Part shown: in pieces, positions 37,003-47,338 of the stretch
Numbering within the stretch: the stretch's first letter is position 1
How the letters are laid out: every line of letters starts with the position of its first letter
DNA from: Candidatus Anstonellales archaeon
GTDB taxonomy: Archaea > Micrarchaeota > Micrarchaeia > Anstonellales > J096
Length of the DNA: 64,000 nucleotides
Assembly (NCBI GenBank): GCA_038890745.1
Contig: JAWAFD010000003.1
Location: 77,375-141,374, forward strand
Direction of reading: 5' to 3'
Made by a program: the position numbers and the translations under genes
The notes under the pieces: model-generated
What the model was told of the DNA's origin: nothing
What the model saw: only the letters and a program-made list of their open reading frames with translations
The model's database searches: none

Positions 37003-37863
37003 ACCATCGCCTAGTTTATATTTGTGTGCACTAATGTTTTTAAATATTTCCATGTATGCGCCTATATAAACACAATGCATCTTAAGCCATAAAATAATTT
37101 TAGAATTTCTAAATGATTATTAGAATTTCTTCAAAATTACTAAGCTTTCCGGCGAAGATGAAATCGATCGGATTGGTACTGTTGAACTTCTGGATGATCA
37201 TTCCTGTATTTTAATAAACCGAGGCAATGGCAAAAAGAAACTTTTCTAGGCTTAAGAAAATTTCTTAAACAAAACCGGCGCGGAAAAAAGCGGAGAGTAG
37301 TCAAGTATTTTCTATCAAACAGAAAGCTTGAACTTTACAACCTATATTTTGCATTTTCCTTATGTTTGTGTAATTTTTCGGAATAGACACCCATCCATTT
37401 TAATTTTTTAACCATTTTGTTTGCTCTCCCCCTATCCTCTGACCAAAAAATTATAGTAAAAATTGAAACGCTTTTTTCTTAAATAATATTAGAATTTCTA
37501 ATAAATTATTTACTTAATAAAATAGTTTACTATATCAGTGTATTAATTGCATTATTATTTACTATAATAGTAAACCATATTAAAAATACTAACCGGGCCA
37601 GTTAGCGGGTTGGTTTACTATAGCGATGTGATACGGAAAAAGTGGAGAGTGGAAGCTTGGTTATAGGCCAAAAATATGGAAAAAGAAAGGAAAATGGCAG
37701 GTTGATAGTGGTTTGGTTTACTGTGATGGGGTATTTTAATTGTTTGGTTTACTTTTTTAGTATTTTTTGCTATCCATTGTAGTAGTAAATTTCTAAAATA
37801 GTTTTTGAAATTCTAACTTAATTTTTACTGCGCTATCTCATTCATTACATTACCATCTATATG
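37003..37863. promoter_or_regulatory. Long AT-rich non-coding region with iterated motifs (origin-like or multi-operator)
   Basis: TTAGAATTTCT(AA) x3 plus partial copies; TGGTTTACT/AGTAAACCA x4 plus variants. Confidence 0.45.
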
Positions 37864-38691
37864 TTAAGAAAAACACCCATCATAAAAAGCCTTTACCAAC
37901 TTCCCAAGCTCATCAGAGTATCCTCCTTCAAGAACAGCAAAAGTCGGAATTCCGGTTTCTTTGATCATTCTTCCAATTTCTTTATAGGTTTCAATCTTTT
38001 TTATCCCAAACCCCATAACCGGATCCTTAAAGTATGTGTCAAATCCGGCCGAAACAGCAATAAGCTCGGGCTTGAATGCGCGCACATCATCTAGAAGCTC
38101 TTTTAATTTTTCTAGGTAAGCTGAATCATCTATTGTTGGTGAAACGTTTATGAGTTTGCTGTTCTTGCTTTTCAATTCATAAAACGGATAGCAAAAATCT
38201 GTATTTCCTTGGATGGAAGAGTAGAAAACATTTTTGGAATGCATAAAAAGTTTATGCGTTCCATCCCCATAATGGGCATCAATGTCAACTATTGCGGTTC
38301 TCTTTTTTGATGCAACAACCGCAGCAGCAATGTTGTTGAAATAGCAGAACCCTGCGAATTTTTCTTCGGAAGCATGATGGCCAGGAGGCCGAACAGCTGC
38401 AAAATCTAGTTTTTCCATCGCGCTAACTGATGTGTAAACCGCACCCAAAGCAGCTTCATACGTAGATGGAAAAAATGGGTTGTCCCCAAATCCACCACCT
38501 TGAATAGAAAGTTTTTTTATTCCATCAATATACCCTCGCGGATGAATTAAACTAACAAATTTTTCCGCCTTCTTATAATCTATATTAACAGTTTCAGCAT
38601 TCGAAAATTCTTTTCTTATTCGCTCAACCCTTCCCCAATTCTCAGGATGGTTTTCGTTTGGATGCATTCTGTAGTTTTCTTGAATTAGCAT
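37864..38691 (-). CDS. Histone deacetylase/AcuC family protein
   Basis: HPE, RPPGHHA, GFCYFNN, DIDAHYGDGT, SAGFD, LEGGY. Confidence 0.93.
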   Translation of the reverse strand: MLIQENYRMHPNENHPENWGRVERIRKEFSNAETVNIDYKKAEKFVSLIHPRGYIDGIKKLSIQGGGFGDNPFFPSTYEAALGAVYTSVSAMEKLDFAAVRPPGHHASEEKFAGFCYFNNIAAAVVASKKRTAIVDIDAHYGDGTHKLFMHSKNVFYSSIQGNTDFCYPFYELKSKNSKLINVSPTIDDSAYLEKLKELLDDVRAFKPELIAVSAGFDTYFKDPVMGFGIKKIETYKEIGRMIKETGIPTFAVLEGGYSDELGKLVKAFYDGCFS

Positions 38692-38695
38692 GCAC

Positions 38696-41353
38696 TCATC
38701 TCTTTATTTTTATTTGGGTTGGAAGCTCCACAGTAGTGTTCTTATCCTTTATTTCTATCTTTATCGATTTTGATTTGCATGGGTTGTTTGTAAGCGGAAG
38801 CTCATCAGTACCTCCAAAAAAGAAGAACGGCATTTCCGATATTCCATCCCCATCAAAATCGCAAAGGCCAGTTGGGTTCCACGAATTACCTCCCCAGCAT
38901 TGGCCACCTATTATGTTTGGTCCTCGTGAACAATTGTATGAGGTGTTCCAATAAGTATCGCTGTCTCCATAAGCCCATCCGCCGCCTAAGTTGTATATAT
39001 AATTGTTATAAAAGACTCGGCTGCATGATGGTGGAAGCGCAGATACATATATAGCATATGAAGCAAAAATAGAGATATTATTGCTATGGACATCTATACA
39101 TCTAGGGAATGGGGCGTTGCATGTGCACCCTATATCGAATTGCATACCTATTGAGGTATTATAAATTGTGTTATTGAAAATACTAAGGTTACTAGCAACC
39201 ATGCGCGGATTGATACCCCATCGGACATTTTTTATTGTATTTCTATATATGCTGACATTGTAGTTCATGGCATCGATTCGGATACCTAAGGAATCGTAAC
39301 TAAAATTCGTTTCGTTTCCTATGATTGTATTATTGTATATAGAGATATTATAGTCTACCAGATCTCCTGGCCAAACGATAATTCCTGCAAGCCTTTGCGC
39401 ATATCCAAGCAAAGTATTGTTAAATATCTGGCCGCTGTAGAATCCAGCAGCAAGAATCAGGTTGGGGCTATATTCAGTACCTATAAATGTATTTCTGTAC
39501 ACCCTCCCCCCGGGTGTATCCACCATCGCGCATCCGCGATATTTCACGTATCCTATGTTGTTAAAAACATCGGCGTATCCGCTGGAATCTTCAATGGCTA
39601 AAAAGGATCTTAGGTTAGATGCATTGTTGTATGACATTGTCACATTGTTTGAGCGGTAAGCATAGATGGATGTGACGCTCGTGCTTCCATTCTCAATTCT
39701 GTTTTTTGAGATGTTTGTAGTATTAGAGAATGATATACCAACAGTGTATCGAGCGATATTGGTAAAGTTATTATCCATTACTGATATATTTCTACTTAGA
39801 TAAATGTATACACCATCACCAACTCTATCAATTCTATTTTTTTCCGCCAATCCGTTTGTAACATTTACTAGCAAAACAACCGGGCTGTTTTTGCTCAACT
39901 CCTGGCCGGTTATATACGCATTGTTTGTGTTGACGTATCCTATTAAACCCGCGTTGGTGGGGGCCGGTGGGGTATAGCCATCCCCGGTTTTTCCATTAAG
40001 GAAATAATAGACTCTCTTTCCATCTACATAGTTATCTGTTGTTATGTTTTTGAAGAATATAGAGATCTGGGGCGTGTCATCTACGTAATAATCAAGATAG
40101 ATGTTGTAAACATCGTTTGAGAAATTATTTCCAACAAGGGTTCCGTAGGTTGAGCCGAATTCATAAAGTCCGGTTGTGTAATTTATTATACTGCAGTTTT
40201 TTAGAATAAGATTGCTGTATCCGTTTACATAAATCCCATAAGTATCGTTGTATGTTGTGTTATCTATTAGCGAGTATCCGTAGCAGTTTATCTCGACATT
40301 TGGAGCAAGGATATTAAGGCATCTGTGGTCCGTTTCAGACATTACACCATATATGTTTTTCTTTATCACATAACTGCCCATAGAGGTTATGTTTCTACAT
40401 TCCACTATCCAGTTCGGAGGAACGTTTTTGGTAAGCGGAAGGGTATCACCAACAGTTTCTCCATAAGGCATGTATGGAAGGGATGTGTCCCCAATCCCAT
40501 CGAAAGACTCATTGTGGGGGTGGATTCCTTCTCCGGAATCATAGCCTGTGTAATCGTTGTAGAAATTTCCCCCTCTGCATCTTCCGCCGATTATGCTCGG
40601 TTGGCTGCAGTCATATGAACTATTCCAAAAATTATAGAGGTATATCAAAGAGAGGGAATTTGAATTCACGTTGTTTGTGTTATTAAAATAGTTGTTGTAA
40701 AACGAATTTTTTCCAGAATAATATATGCGTATTCCGATATTATTATTAATTATGTAGTTATTTCTTAGTGTGTTATTTCCATAGTTTCTCTCCGGATAGT
40801 TCTCTGGGTCGTTGAATTTTACTGAGTTATTTATTAATACCCCCACCGTGTTGCTTTGTATCGTAGAATTTTCGATCAATGTAAACAAGGATGTTTTGAG
40901 AGAGATTCCGGTTTGAGAATTTTTTATGGTTGAAAATTGAATCTTATTTCCAGAGTCGAGGTGTATTTCAATTCCTGTTGAGGTGTTTGTTATTGAAGCG
41001 TTTTGAATAAGCCCGCCCGTTCCATCTTGGAGAAATGTCATGTTTTGAATAGAGACATTTGCAGCTTTTATTTTTGTGAACAGTATGCCTGTTGTTGAAT
41101 TCTGGATATTGCAGTTCAGCACACTTACATTTTTTGAGGCTCTTACTACTATACCAGTGGATGCATTGTAGATTGTATACCCATTGCAATCAAGATTTAT
41201 GTTTGTTCCCTCAATTATTATGCACTCAGCGCTATTTGCATCTATACTGTTTTCGAGATATAGGTTCAGATTATTTCCAGTAATCTCTTGACAGGAGGTT
41301 ATAGAGTAGACTAGTCCAAAAACAAAAAAAACCAATATCAAAAATTTTTTCAT
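38696..41353 (-). CDS. Secreted right-handed beta-helix (NosD/CASH-like) surface glycoprotein
   Basis: Signal peptide MKKFLILVFFVFGLVYS; many GI/N.I.NN beta-helix turns; many sequons; two WN.SY.CS..IIGG.C.GGN modules. Confidence 0.85.
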   Translation of the reverse strand: MKKFLILVFFVFGLVYSITSCQEITGNNLNLYLENSIDANSAECIIIEGTNINLDCNGYTIYNASTGIVVRASKNVSVLNCNIQNSTTGILFTKIKAANVSIQNMTFLQDGTGGLIQNASITNTSTGIEIHLDSGNKIQFSTIKNSQTGISLKTSLFTLIENSTIQSNTVGVLINNSVKFNDPENYPERNYGNNTLRNNYIINNNIGIRIYYSGKNSFYNNYFNNTNNVNSNSLSLIYLYNFWNSSYDCSQPSIIGGRCRGGNFYNDYTGYDSGEGIHPHNESFDGIGDTSLPYMPYGETVGDTLPLTKNVPPNWIVECRNITSMGSYVIKKNIYGVMSETDHRCLNILAPNVEINCYGYSLIDNTTYNDTYGIYVNGYSNLILKNCSIINYTTGLYEFGSTYGTLVGNNFSNDVYNIYLDYYVDDTPQISIFFKNITTDNYVDGKRVYYFLNGKTGDGYTPPAPTNAGLIGYVNTNNAYITGQELSKNSPVVLLVNVTNGLAEKNRIDRVGDGVYIYLSRNISVMDNNFTNIARYTVGISFSNTTNISKNRIENGSTSVTSIYAYRSNNVTMSYNNASNLRSFLAIEDSSGYADVFNNIGYVKYRGCAMVDTPGGRVYRNTFIGTEYSPNLILAAGFYSGQIFNNTLLGYAQRLAGIIVWPGDLVDYNISIYNNTIIGNETNFSYDSLGIRIDAMNYNVSIYRNTIKNVRWGINPRMVASNLSIFNNTIYNTSIGMQFDIGCTCNAPFPRCIDVHSNNISIFASYAIYVSALPPSCSRVFYNNYIYNLGGGWAYGDSDTYWNTSYNCSRGPNIIGGQCWGGNSWNPTGLCDFDGDGISEMPFFFFGGTDELPLTNNPCKSKSIKIEIKDKNTTVELPTQIKIKR

Positions 41354-41443
41354 ATACCCACCCCAGCATTTTATATAAATTAACATTTAAAATCGTTACG
41401 CTGAGTGTTAGTTTTTTATATTTTGCGATATATAATTAAAACC

Positions 41444-43141
41444 ATGAGGATGCAATCGCTGGAACAAAAAAATCATAAAAATAGAATTGTTGAAAGGGTG
41501 CTAAATGATCCAGAGGAGTATAAAACTAGATTAGAGTCCTTAATTAGCTATCTTAATAATGAAAGAGAAATACTAACCATACTTTCATTAGAGAGTAATG
41601 GCCTAATCGAAGAAATACAAAAAAGCGAACGGTACAAGAGTAGATACCGGGTTCTTCCTCTTACAGGAGAAAACCGTGAACATGCACGAAGAATTCTGCT
41701 AAGATATTTCAACAATGTTTTTAGGGATGTTCTGAAAGAAGAAAAGAGCCATGGTTTAGAGGATGAGGCAAGGGATCGGGTGGCTGGATTTTTCGCTGAA
41801 ATAATGTTAAAAGAAAGGAAGGGACTTGATATTTTTAATCCATTTGTTCTTGAACTTTACAACGCCTGGCAAGGACATGGTGAGTTAGGATTATCTACTA
41901 TTTACGGGGTTGTTAGTAAGCCAACATTCATGGGCGAGATGCTCGCAAGGTTTGTTTTGGAAGGAAAGGCAGAAAAACGGGGAATAGATTTTACAGATAA
42001 GAATTTTCCTTTGAAGGAAGAGGTGGCTAGAGAATATTTTGGAAAACTATGGAAACAGAAAATGCTTTTTCTGGAAATGCTTCAAATGCTAAGGACGGAA
42101 CAGAAGATCTCTTATACAATAATAGAAAAGTTTGTAGATAAAACCTTTGCAAAAAGCAAAAATAGGGCATTCATAATAAAAGCGTTTGTTGAAATGGCAA
42201 AGAATCGTGGGTTTGAGCTATCCCAGGTTTCTGATACAATGCATAAAAAAATAGATAATTTTATTAAAGACATCAGCTGCAACAAGTTCAATGAAGAAAT
42301 TACGAATACAGAAATAATGCAAGGCGTGGAAGGGTTTAGTTGGAGTATGCGGTACCAAAAAAAAGCTTATCCGGCTTCATCAGGAAAAACAATAACACGA
42401 GAGAAAAAAATGTCAGAAAAAGCTACGATGGGTTTGGATGAAACAAAGAAGAAAAAATTAACGATGCGTGAGGTTAGCGCGAGCAATCCAGAACCAAAGA
42501 AACATCGAACAGATGATAAAAGAAGGCATGTAAAAGAGAAAGCGGAACCATTTTCAGCAAGCACAAGATACCATTTTGTGCAGCTGGTTAATGCTATAAA
42601 GAGTAAAGGAAAAAATGAAATCTCTTTACCGGAGCTTTTCAAACTTATGGAGGAACTGGGATATAGACGAACAGTTAATGCCCATTATTCCGTCAAAGTT
42701 TTTTCAGGAACGGTAATCAAAAAAGTGATAAGATTTTTAGACTCAAGGAGGATTATCGTAACGCACGCACATGCCCTAACGCCGGAAGAGAAGGAGGATA
42801 TAAAAGAATTTGCAAAAACAATATGCAAAGAAGAAGGAGGAAAAAAAACAGTGCAATTCAGAAAAATTTATAGTAGAGTGGTTGAGGGTGGAAGGTTCGC
42901 AGTTGGCTATCTTCGCAGTGCGATCAAAGAGGCCTGCACCCTTTTATACGTCGAAGGGTATATGATAAAAGATGTTCCATCAAGTTTGGTAAGCGGAATG
43001 GTTGAAAGTTTAAATGAGCAACTTAAAAAAACCAAGATGGCTAAAGGGGAACAGAAAAAACTGCTCGCAACTGTTATCGATTCTATATATCGCGATAGAA
43101 AGAAAAAAATAGAAATAAAAGAGAAATTTGGGATTTTGTAA
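41444..43141 (+). CDS. Hypothetical protein
   Basis: Open frame of about 565 aa; no recognised motif. Confidence 0.65.
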   Translation: MRMQSLEQKNHKNRIVERVLNDPEEYKTRLESLISYLNNEREILTILSLESNGLIEEIQKSERYKSRYRVLPLTGENREHARRILLRYFNNVFRDVLKEEKSHGLEDEARDRVAGFFAEIMLKERKGLDIFNPFVLELYNAWQGHGELGLSTIYGVVSKPTFMGEMLARFVLEGKAEKRGIDFTDKNFPLKEEVAREYFGKLWKQKMLFLEMLQMLRTEQKISYTIIEKFVDKTFAKSKNRAFIIKAFVEMAKNRGFELSQVSDTMHKKIDNFIKDISCNKFNEEITNTEIMQGVEGFSWSMRYQKKAYPASSGKTITREKKMSEKATMGLDETKKKKLTMREVSASNPEPKKHRTDDKRRHVKEKAEPFSASTRYHFVQLVNAIKSKGKNEISLPELFKLMEELGYRRTVNAHYSVKVFSGTVIKKVIRFLDSRRIIVTHAHALTPEEKEDIKEFAKTICKEEGGKKTVQFRKIYSRVVEGGRFAVGYLRSAIKEACTLLYVEGYMIKDVPSSLVSGMVESLNEQLKKTKMAKGEQKKLLATVIDSIYRDRKKKIEIKEKFGIL

Positions 43142-43219
43142 GAGAAATAAACTAGAAAATCAGTGGATGAGAGTAGCTTATTAAATTCTTTTTGAGCATA
43201 GAATCTGATAAGTGATTGG

Positions 43220-44599
43220 ATGCAACAAAAGGAATCAAAAAATCTGAAATACTCCATATATGATGGTGCGGCGTATTCTGCAGCCGTTGGTGCCGGCGAA
43301 TCCTATGTTGCTCCATATGCAATTTTTAGAGGAGCAACAAACGAGTACCTGGGTTTTCTTGCGTCATTTCCGGCTCTTTTCAGCGCTATCTTTCAACTAA
43401 GCGCGCCGTATGTACTGAATAGGTTGAAAAACAGGAAAGGAATTGTTCTCTTTGGAGTTTTTCTGAATGCGCTTTCCTGGCTTCTCATGCTCTCAACAGT
43501 ATTGATCTCTATGGAGATTGCGCTTATTCTATTTTTGATATTCTTTACAATGTACGCTGCGACAAATGCTTTTGCAGGAACCCTGTGGAGCAGTTGGATT
43601 GCTGACCTTGTTCCAGAAAACATAAGGGGCCGTTTCTTTGGAAAAAGGAATGCAATAACCCAATTTGTTTCCCTCCTGTCCACCCTGCTAGCGGGAATTA
43701 TGCTTGGATTCCTTCAGGATGGAACCACTGCCCTTGGGTTTGCCGTTCTTTTTTTCGCTTCGTTCATTTTTAGAATGGTTTCTTTAAGTTTTCTCAGGAA
43801 GATAGATGACCCACCCCATCCGTCAAAAATGAAAACAGAGAACCCGCTTAGATTCTTCCGGACCAGAAACACAAGGGAAGCGAAGAATGTGATCCTTCTT
43901 TCAGCGCTCTTCTTTTTTTCAGTAACTTTAGCAGGCCCATTCTTTGTGGCATACATGCTCAGGGACCTTGGGTTCAATTATTTTGAGTACACTTTGGTAG
44001 TGATTGCTTCGAGCATTGCAAGGGTAATTGCAATGCCCTACTGGGGGGAGATAAGCGACAGGTTCGGAAACAAGACCGTGCTTACGCTCGGCGTTTTCTT
44101 TGTATCGTTTGTTCCATTCCTTTGGCTCCTTTCAAGAAGCGCTTATGTCATAGCGCTGATAGAAATTTTCAGCGGGTTTGTGTGGGCAGCATTTGACCTT
44201 TCAATGTTCAATTATCTAATAGGTTCTGTAAGAAAGGACGAGATCCCAAGCTATATGGGTAATTACAGTTTCTTTACCGGTGTGGCAAGATTTATAGGTC
44301 CGAATGTAGGAGCGTTCTTAATATGGAATTTTAGCACCATTCCTTTATTTGGGTTTATTGGAATTCCAGCAGTTATATTTATTTCCGGAATTGCGAGATT
44401 GATTGTTTCTATGATGATAGCAACATTGCTGAGAGAAGAGAAGCTGCTACTGTCTACAAAATACATGCCGGTTCTGTTGAATGTCATGTTCCTCTACCCA
44501 GCACGCGGGCTTGTTCATGAAATATACGTGGGTTTCAACGCAGGGAAGAAGATAGTAAAGAAAGGGATGGAGATTGCGAATAGAAAAAAATATAAATAA
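43220..44599 (+). CDS. MFS transporter
   Basis: About 12 TM segments; RGRFFG, WGEISDRFGNK. Confidence 0.92.
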   Translation: MQQKESKNLKYSIYDGAAYSAAVGAGESYVAPYAIFRGATNEYLGFLASFPALFSAIFQLSAPYVLNRLKNRKGIVLFGVFLNALSWLLMLSTVLISMEIALILFLIFFTMYAATNAFAGTLWSSWIADLVPENIRGRFFGKRNAITQFVSLLSTLLAGIMLGFLQDGTTALGFAVLFFASFIFRMVSLSFLRKIDDPPHPSKMKTENPLRFFRTRNTREAKNVILLSALFFFSVTLAGPFFVAYMLRDLGFNYFEYTLVVIASSIARVIAMPYWGEISDRFGNKTVLTLGVFFVSFVPFLWLLSRSAYVIALIEIFSGFVWAAFDLSMFNYLIGSVRKDEIPSYMGNYSFFTGVARFIGPNVGAFLIWNFSTIPLFGFIGIPAVIFISGIARLIVSMMIATLLREEKLLLSTKYMPVLLNVMFLYPARGLVHEIYVGFNAGKKIVKKGMEIANRKKYK

Positions 44600-44619
44600 A
44601 ATCGACGAATTTTAAGTGT

Positions 44620-46767
44620 ATGGATTTAGGAAATGTTTTTTCAGGGTATAACTATATAATAATAGAAGAAGAGCCAAAAAAAGCAAAATATGGAGACGCA
44701 AAACTGAATAGCGTGGTACGAGAGGTTTTTGCGCGAATGGGAATTAAAAAATTGTACGACCACCAGGCAAGGGGGATAACCCTTCTGCAAAAAGGAAAAA
44801 ACATTGTTATAGAAGCTCCAACAGCAAGCGGAAAGAGTGAGGTGTATATTTCAGGGATGATTGAAAAAGCATTGGAAGGGAAAAACTCTATTATTGTTTA
44901 CCCAACAAAAGCGCTCGCAAGGGACCAGTTGAAAAGGTTTGAACATTTCAAGCTTTATGGGATAAGGGTTTCTGTTTATGATGGGGACACAAGCCAGCAT
45001 GAAAGGGAAAGGATAAGGGCTAACCCCCCGCATATTCTCATGACCAACATGGACATGCTCCATCATATACTAATCAACAACAGGCTGTTTTCAGAATTTC
45101 TTAAGCATTCGGAGCTTTTTGTTCTTGATGAGTTGCATATATATTCAGGAATTTTTGGTGCGCACAGTGCGAACATAATTGAAAGACTGAAGAGGGTAGT
45201 AAAGAAAAAATTCGGCGGAAAAATGCAGTTTGTTGCAACCTCAGCGACAATCGCGAATCCGAAGGAGTTTGCAGAAACCATTTTTGGGGAAAAATTTGAG
45301 CTTGTGAAAGGGGAAAGTGCGCCTGCGGGTAGGAGAATACATGCGATAGTTGCACCGGAGAACGAGAGCTACACAACAGCAGCCCTCAAGATCGCAAAAA
45401 AGCTTGGGATGAGAGGATTGATTTTTGCAAACAGCCATGGGGTTGTGGAAAGGATGGGAATAATGGCAAAGGAGATGGGGATAAACTTAGCTGTTTACAG
45501 AAGTGGGCTGACTGATAAAGAAAGAAGAAAAATTGAGGCTGAATTTAAAGAGGGGATGTACGATTGGCTTGCAACAACCTCTGCTTTGGAGTTGGGGATA
45601 GATATCGGGGGCGTGGCTGCTGTTATTTTGGCAGGATATCCGGGTACGATTACCCGTGTGAAGCAGAGGATAGGAAGGGCTGGGAGGAAGGGGCAGGATG
45701 CGTATGGGATATTTGTTGCACGCGAAAGCCCTCTTGATTATTATTTTGTTGACCGGCCAAAAGAGTATGTGCGCGGAAAGGTTGAGAGCTGCTATGCAAA
45801 CCCTGAGAATGAAATAATAAGAAAATTCCATATTCTCGCAAAAGCAAAGGATATGCTCCTTGAAAAGAATGAGGAAGATGAGGATAGGATTAGGGAGTTG
45901 ATAAAAGAAGGGTTGATGAAAGAATGGGGAAATTTTTATTCTTTGACTAGGGAAGGCGGAAGGGTAGTAAGGATGCTGAGCATAAGAGGAATAGGAGAAA
46001 ACATAAAGATATATGATGAAAATAATGAGTGTATAGGGAACAGGGAAACTTACATGGCAATAAGCGAATTATTCCCAGGAGCGATATATCTGCATGGAGG
46101 AAGAGCGTATATAGGAAAGGAGCTTAAGTTGGAGGAGGGGGTTGCAAAAGTGGAGAGATATTTTGGAGAATTGAACGAATACACAAAAGCGCTTAGGGAA
46201 AAAGAGGCAGAGGTTTATGAACAGCTTGCGCAAAGAGAAATAGGCGGGTTGAATGTCGGTTATGGAAAAGTGCATATTGTAGATAGTGTTTTTGGGTTTG
46301 TTGTAAGGGACATCTACTCAGGGCATAGAATTTCAGAGCATATTTTTGAAAAACCGTATACCTTTGAGTTTGATTCCTACGCAATGTGGATAGATTTGGA
46401 TGAGCTGGTTTATCAAATCGAGGATTTTGGAAATGGATTGCATGCGTTCGAGCATATGAGCATAAACATTACCCCTGCAATAACCGGAAGCGATGCCAAA
46501 GAGCTGGGAGGAATAAGCTATCCATCCGGAAGAATGTACATATATGAAGGTGTGCCTTACGGAACCGGTTTGACAAAGGTTGTTTTTGAAAGGTTTGAGG
46601 AAGTTGCAGAAATGGCTTATGAAAGGTTAAAGAACTGCAGGTGCGAGAACGGCTGCCCAAAATGCATCCTCGACCCGAACTGTGGGAATGATAATAGGTT
46701 TTTGAGCAAACAGGCAGGGATTGAGATAGGAGAGGAAATAGTTAGGAGAATTAAGAAGAGAAGATGA
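44620..46767 (+). CDS. DEAD/DEAH SF2 helicase with DUF1998 (YprA/MrfA/Hrq1-like)
   Basis: PTASGKS, PTKALARDQ, DELH, SAT, ALELGID, QRIGRAGR, C-terminal CRCENGCPKC. Confidence 0.93.
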   Translation: MDLGNVFSGYNYIIIEEEPKKAKYGDAKLNSVVREVFARMGIKKLYDHQARGITLLQKGKNIVIEAPTASGKSEVYISGMIEKALEGKNSIIVYPTKALARDQLKRFEHFKLYGIRVSVYDGDTSQHERERIRANPPHILMTNMDMLHHILINNRLFSEFLKHSELFVLDELHIYSGIFGAHSANIIERLKRVVKKKFGGKMQFVATSATIANPKEFAETIFGEKFELVKGESAPAGRRIHAIVAPENESYTTAALKIAKKLGMRGLIFANSHGVVERMGIMAKEMGINLAVYRSGLTDKERRKIEAEFKEGMYDWLATTSALELGIDIGGVAAVILAGYPGTITRVKQRIGRAGRKGQDAYGIFVARESPLDYYFVDRPKEYVRGKVESCYANPENEIIRKFHILAKAKDMLLEKNEEDEDRIRELIKEGLMKEWGNFYSLTREGGRVVRMLSIRGIGENIKIYDENNECIGNRETYMAISELFPGAIYLHGGRAYIGKELKLEEGVAKVERYFGELNEYTKALREKEAEVYEQLAQREIGGLNVGYGKVHIVDSVFGFVVRDIYSGHRISEHIFEKPYTFEFDSYAMWIDLDELVYQIEDFGNGLHAFEHMSINITPAITGSDAKELGGISYPSGRMYIYEGVPYGTGLTKVVFERFEEVAEMAYERLKNCRCENGCPKCILDPNCGNDNRFLSKQAGIEIGEEIVRRIKKRR

Positions 46768-47205
46768 TTATTTTTTCTTTTTATCAATCTCTGTTATTTG
46801 CTGCGAAGCTACACAACTCCCATTTGGATTTATAATAATAAAATTTCCATCTAATCTATATTTCAACATGAACTCAAATTCGATTAGGTTGGTATCTTCA
46901 ATGTTTATTGCAAAAATGGAATCCGGAGCGTAAACAATAACATAATCCTGCCATGGTTGGATCGCTCCACGGTCATAGTATAAGCGTGCAGTTTTTTTAA
47001 TCCCATCCTCTTTTGTATCTACTACTATCAAAACACGTCCAGAGTTTACACCATCGATCCAGAGACGTTTAAGGTCATCCCGGTCCTTGATAGTGTCTGT
47101 TATGGGTATGAATTTTTCATTATTCCATACTCCTTTTTGTTCCGGTGGTTTTTTTCCACACCCTAGAACAGAAAGCAATACCATCGCGCCAACAATTTTT
47201 CTCAT
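46768..47205 (-). CDS. Putative lipoprotein
   Basis: MRKIVGAMVLLSVLGC lipobox. Confidence 0.65.
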   Translation of the reverse strand: MRKIVGAMVLLSVLGCGKKPPEQKGVWNNEKFIPITDTIKDRDDLKRLWIDGVNSGRVLIVVDTKEDGIKKTARLYYDRGAIQPWQDYVIVYAPDSIFAINIEDTNLIEFEFMLKYRLDGNFIIINPNGSCVASQQITEIDKKKK

Positions 47206-47338
47206 ATTCCTATTTTCTATTTTGTTATTTAAAAAGGTTTCGGGTGTTTTATACATGAATGGTTCAGAATCTTCCAAAAGTGTTTAAATTCTTTTTGCTG
47301 AAAAACAGAACGCTTCCGATTTTGTTTGGGGTGTGGGT

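Noticed and set aside
37113..37214. Short 33-aa hydrophobic ORF in the large intergenic gap
   Set aside because: No SD, and it overlaps repeat motifs; it cannot be distinguished from chance.
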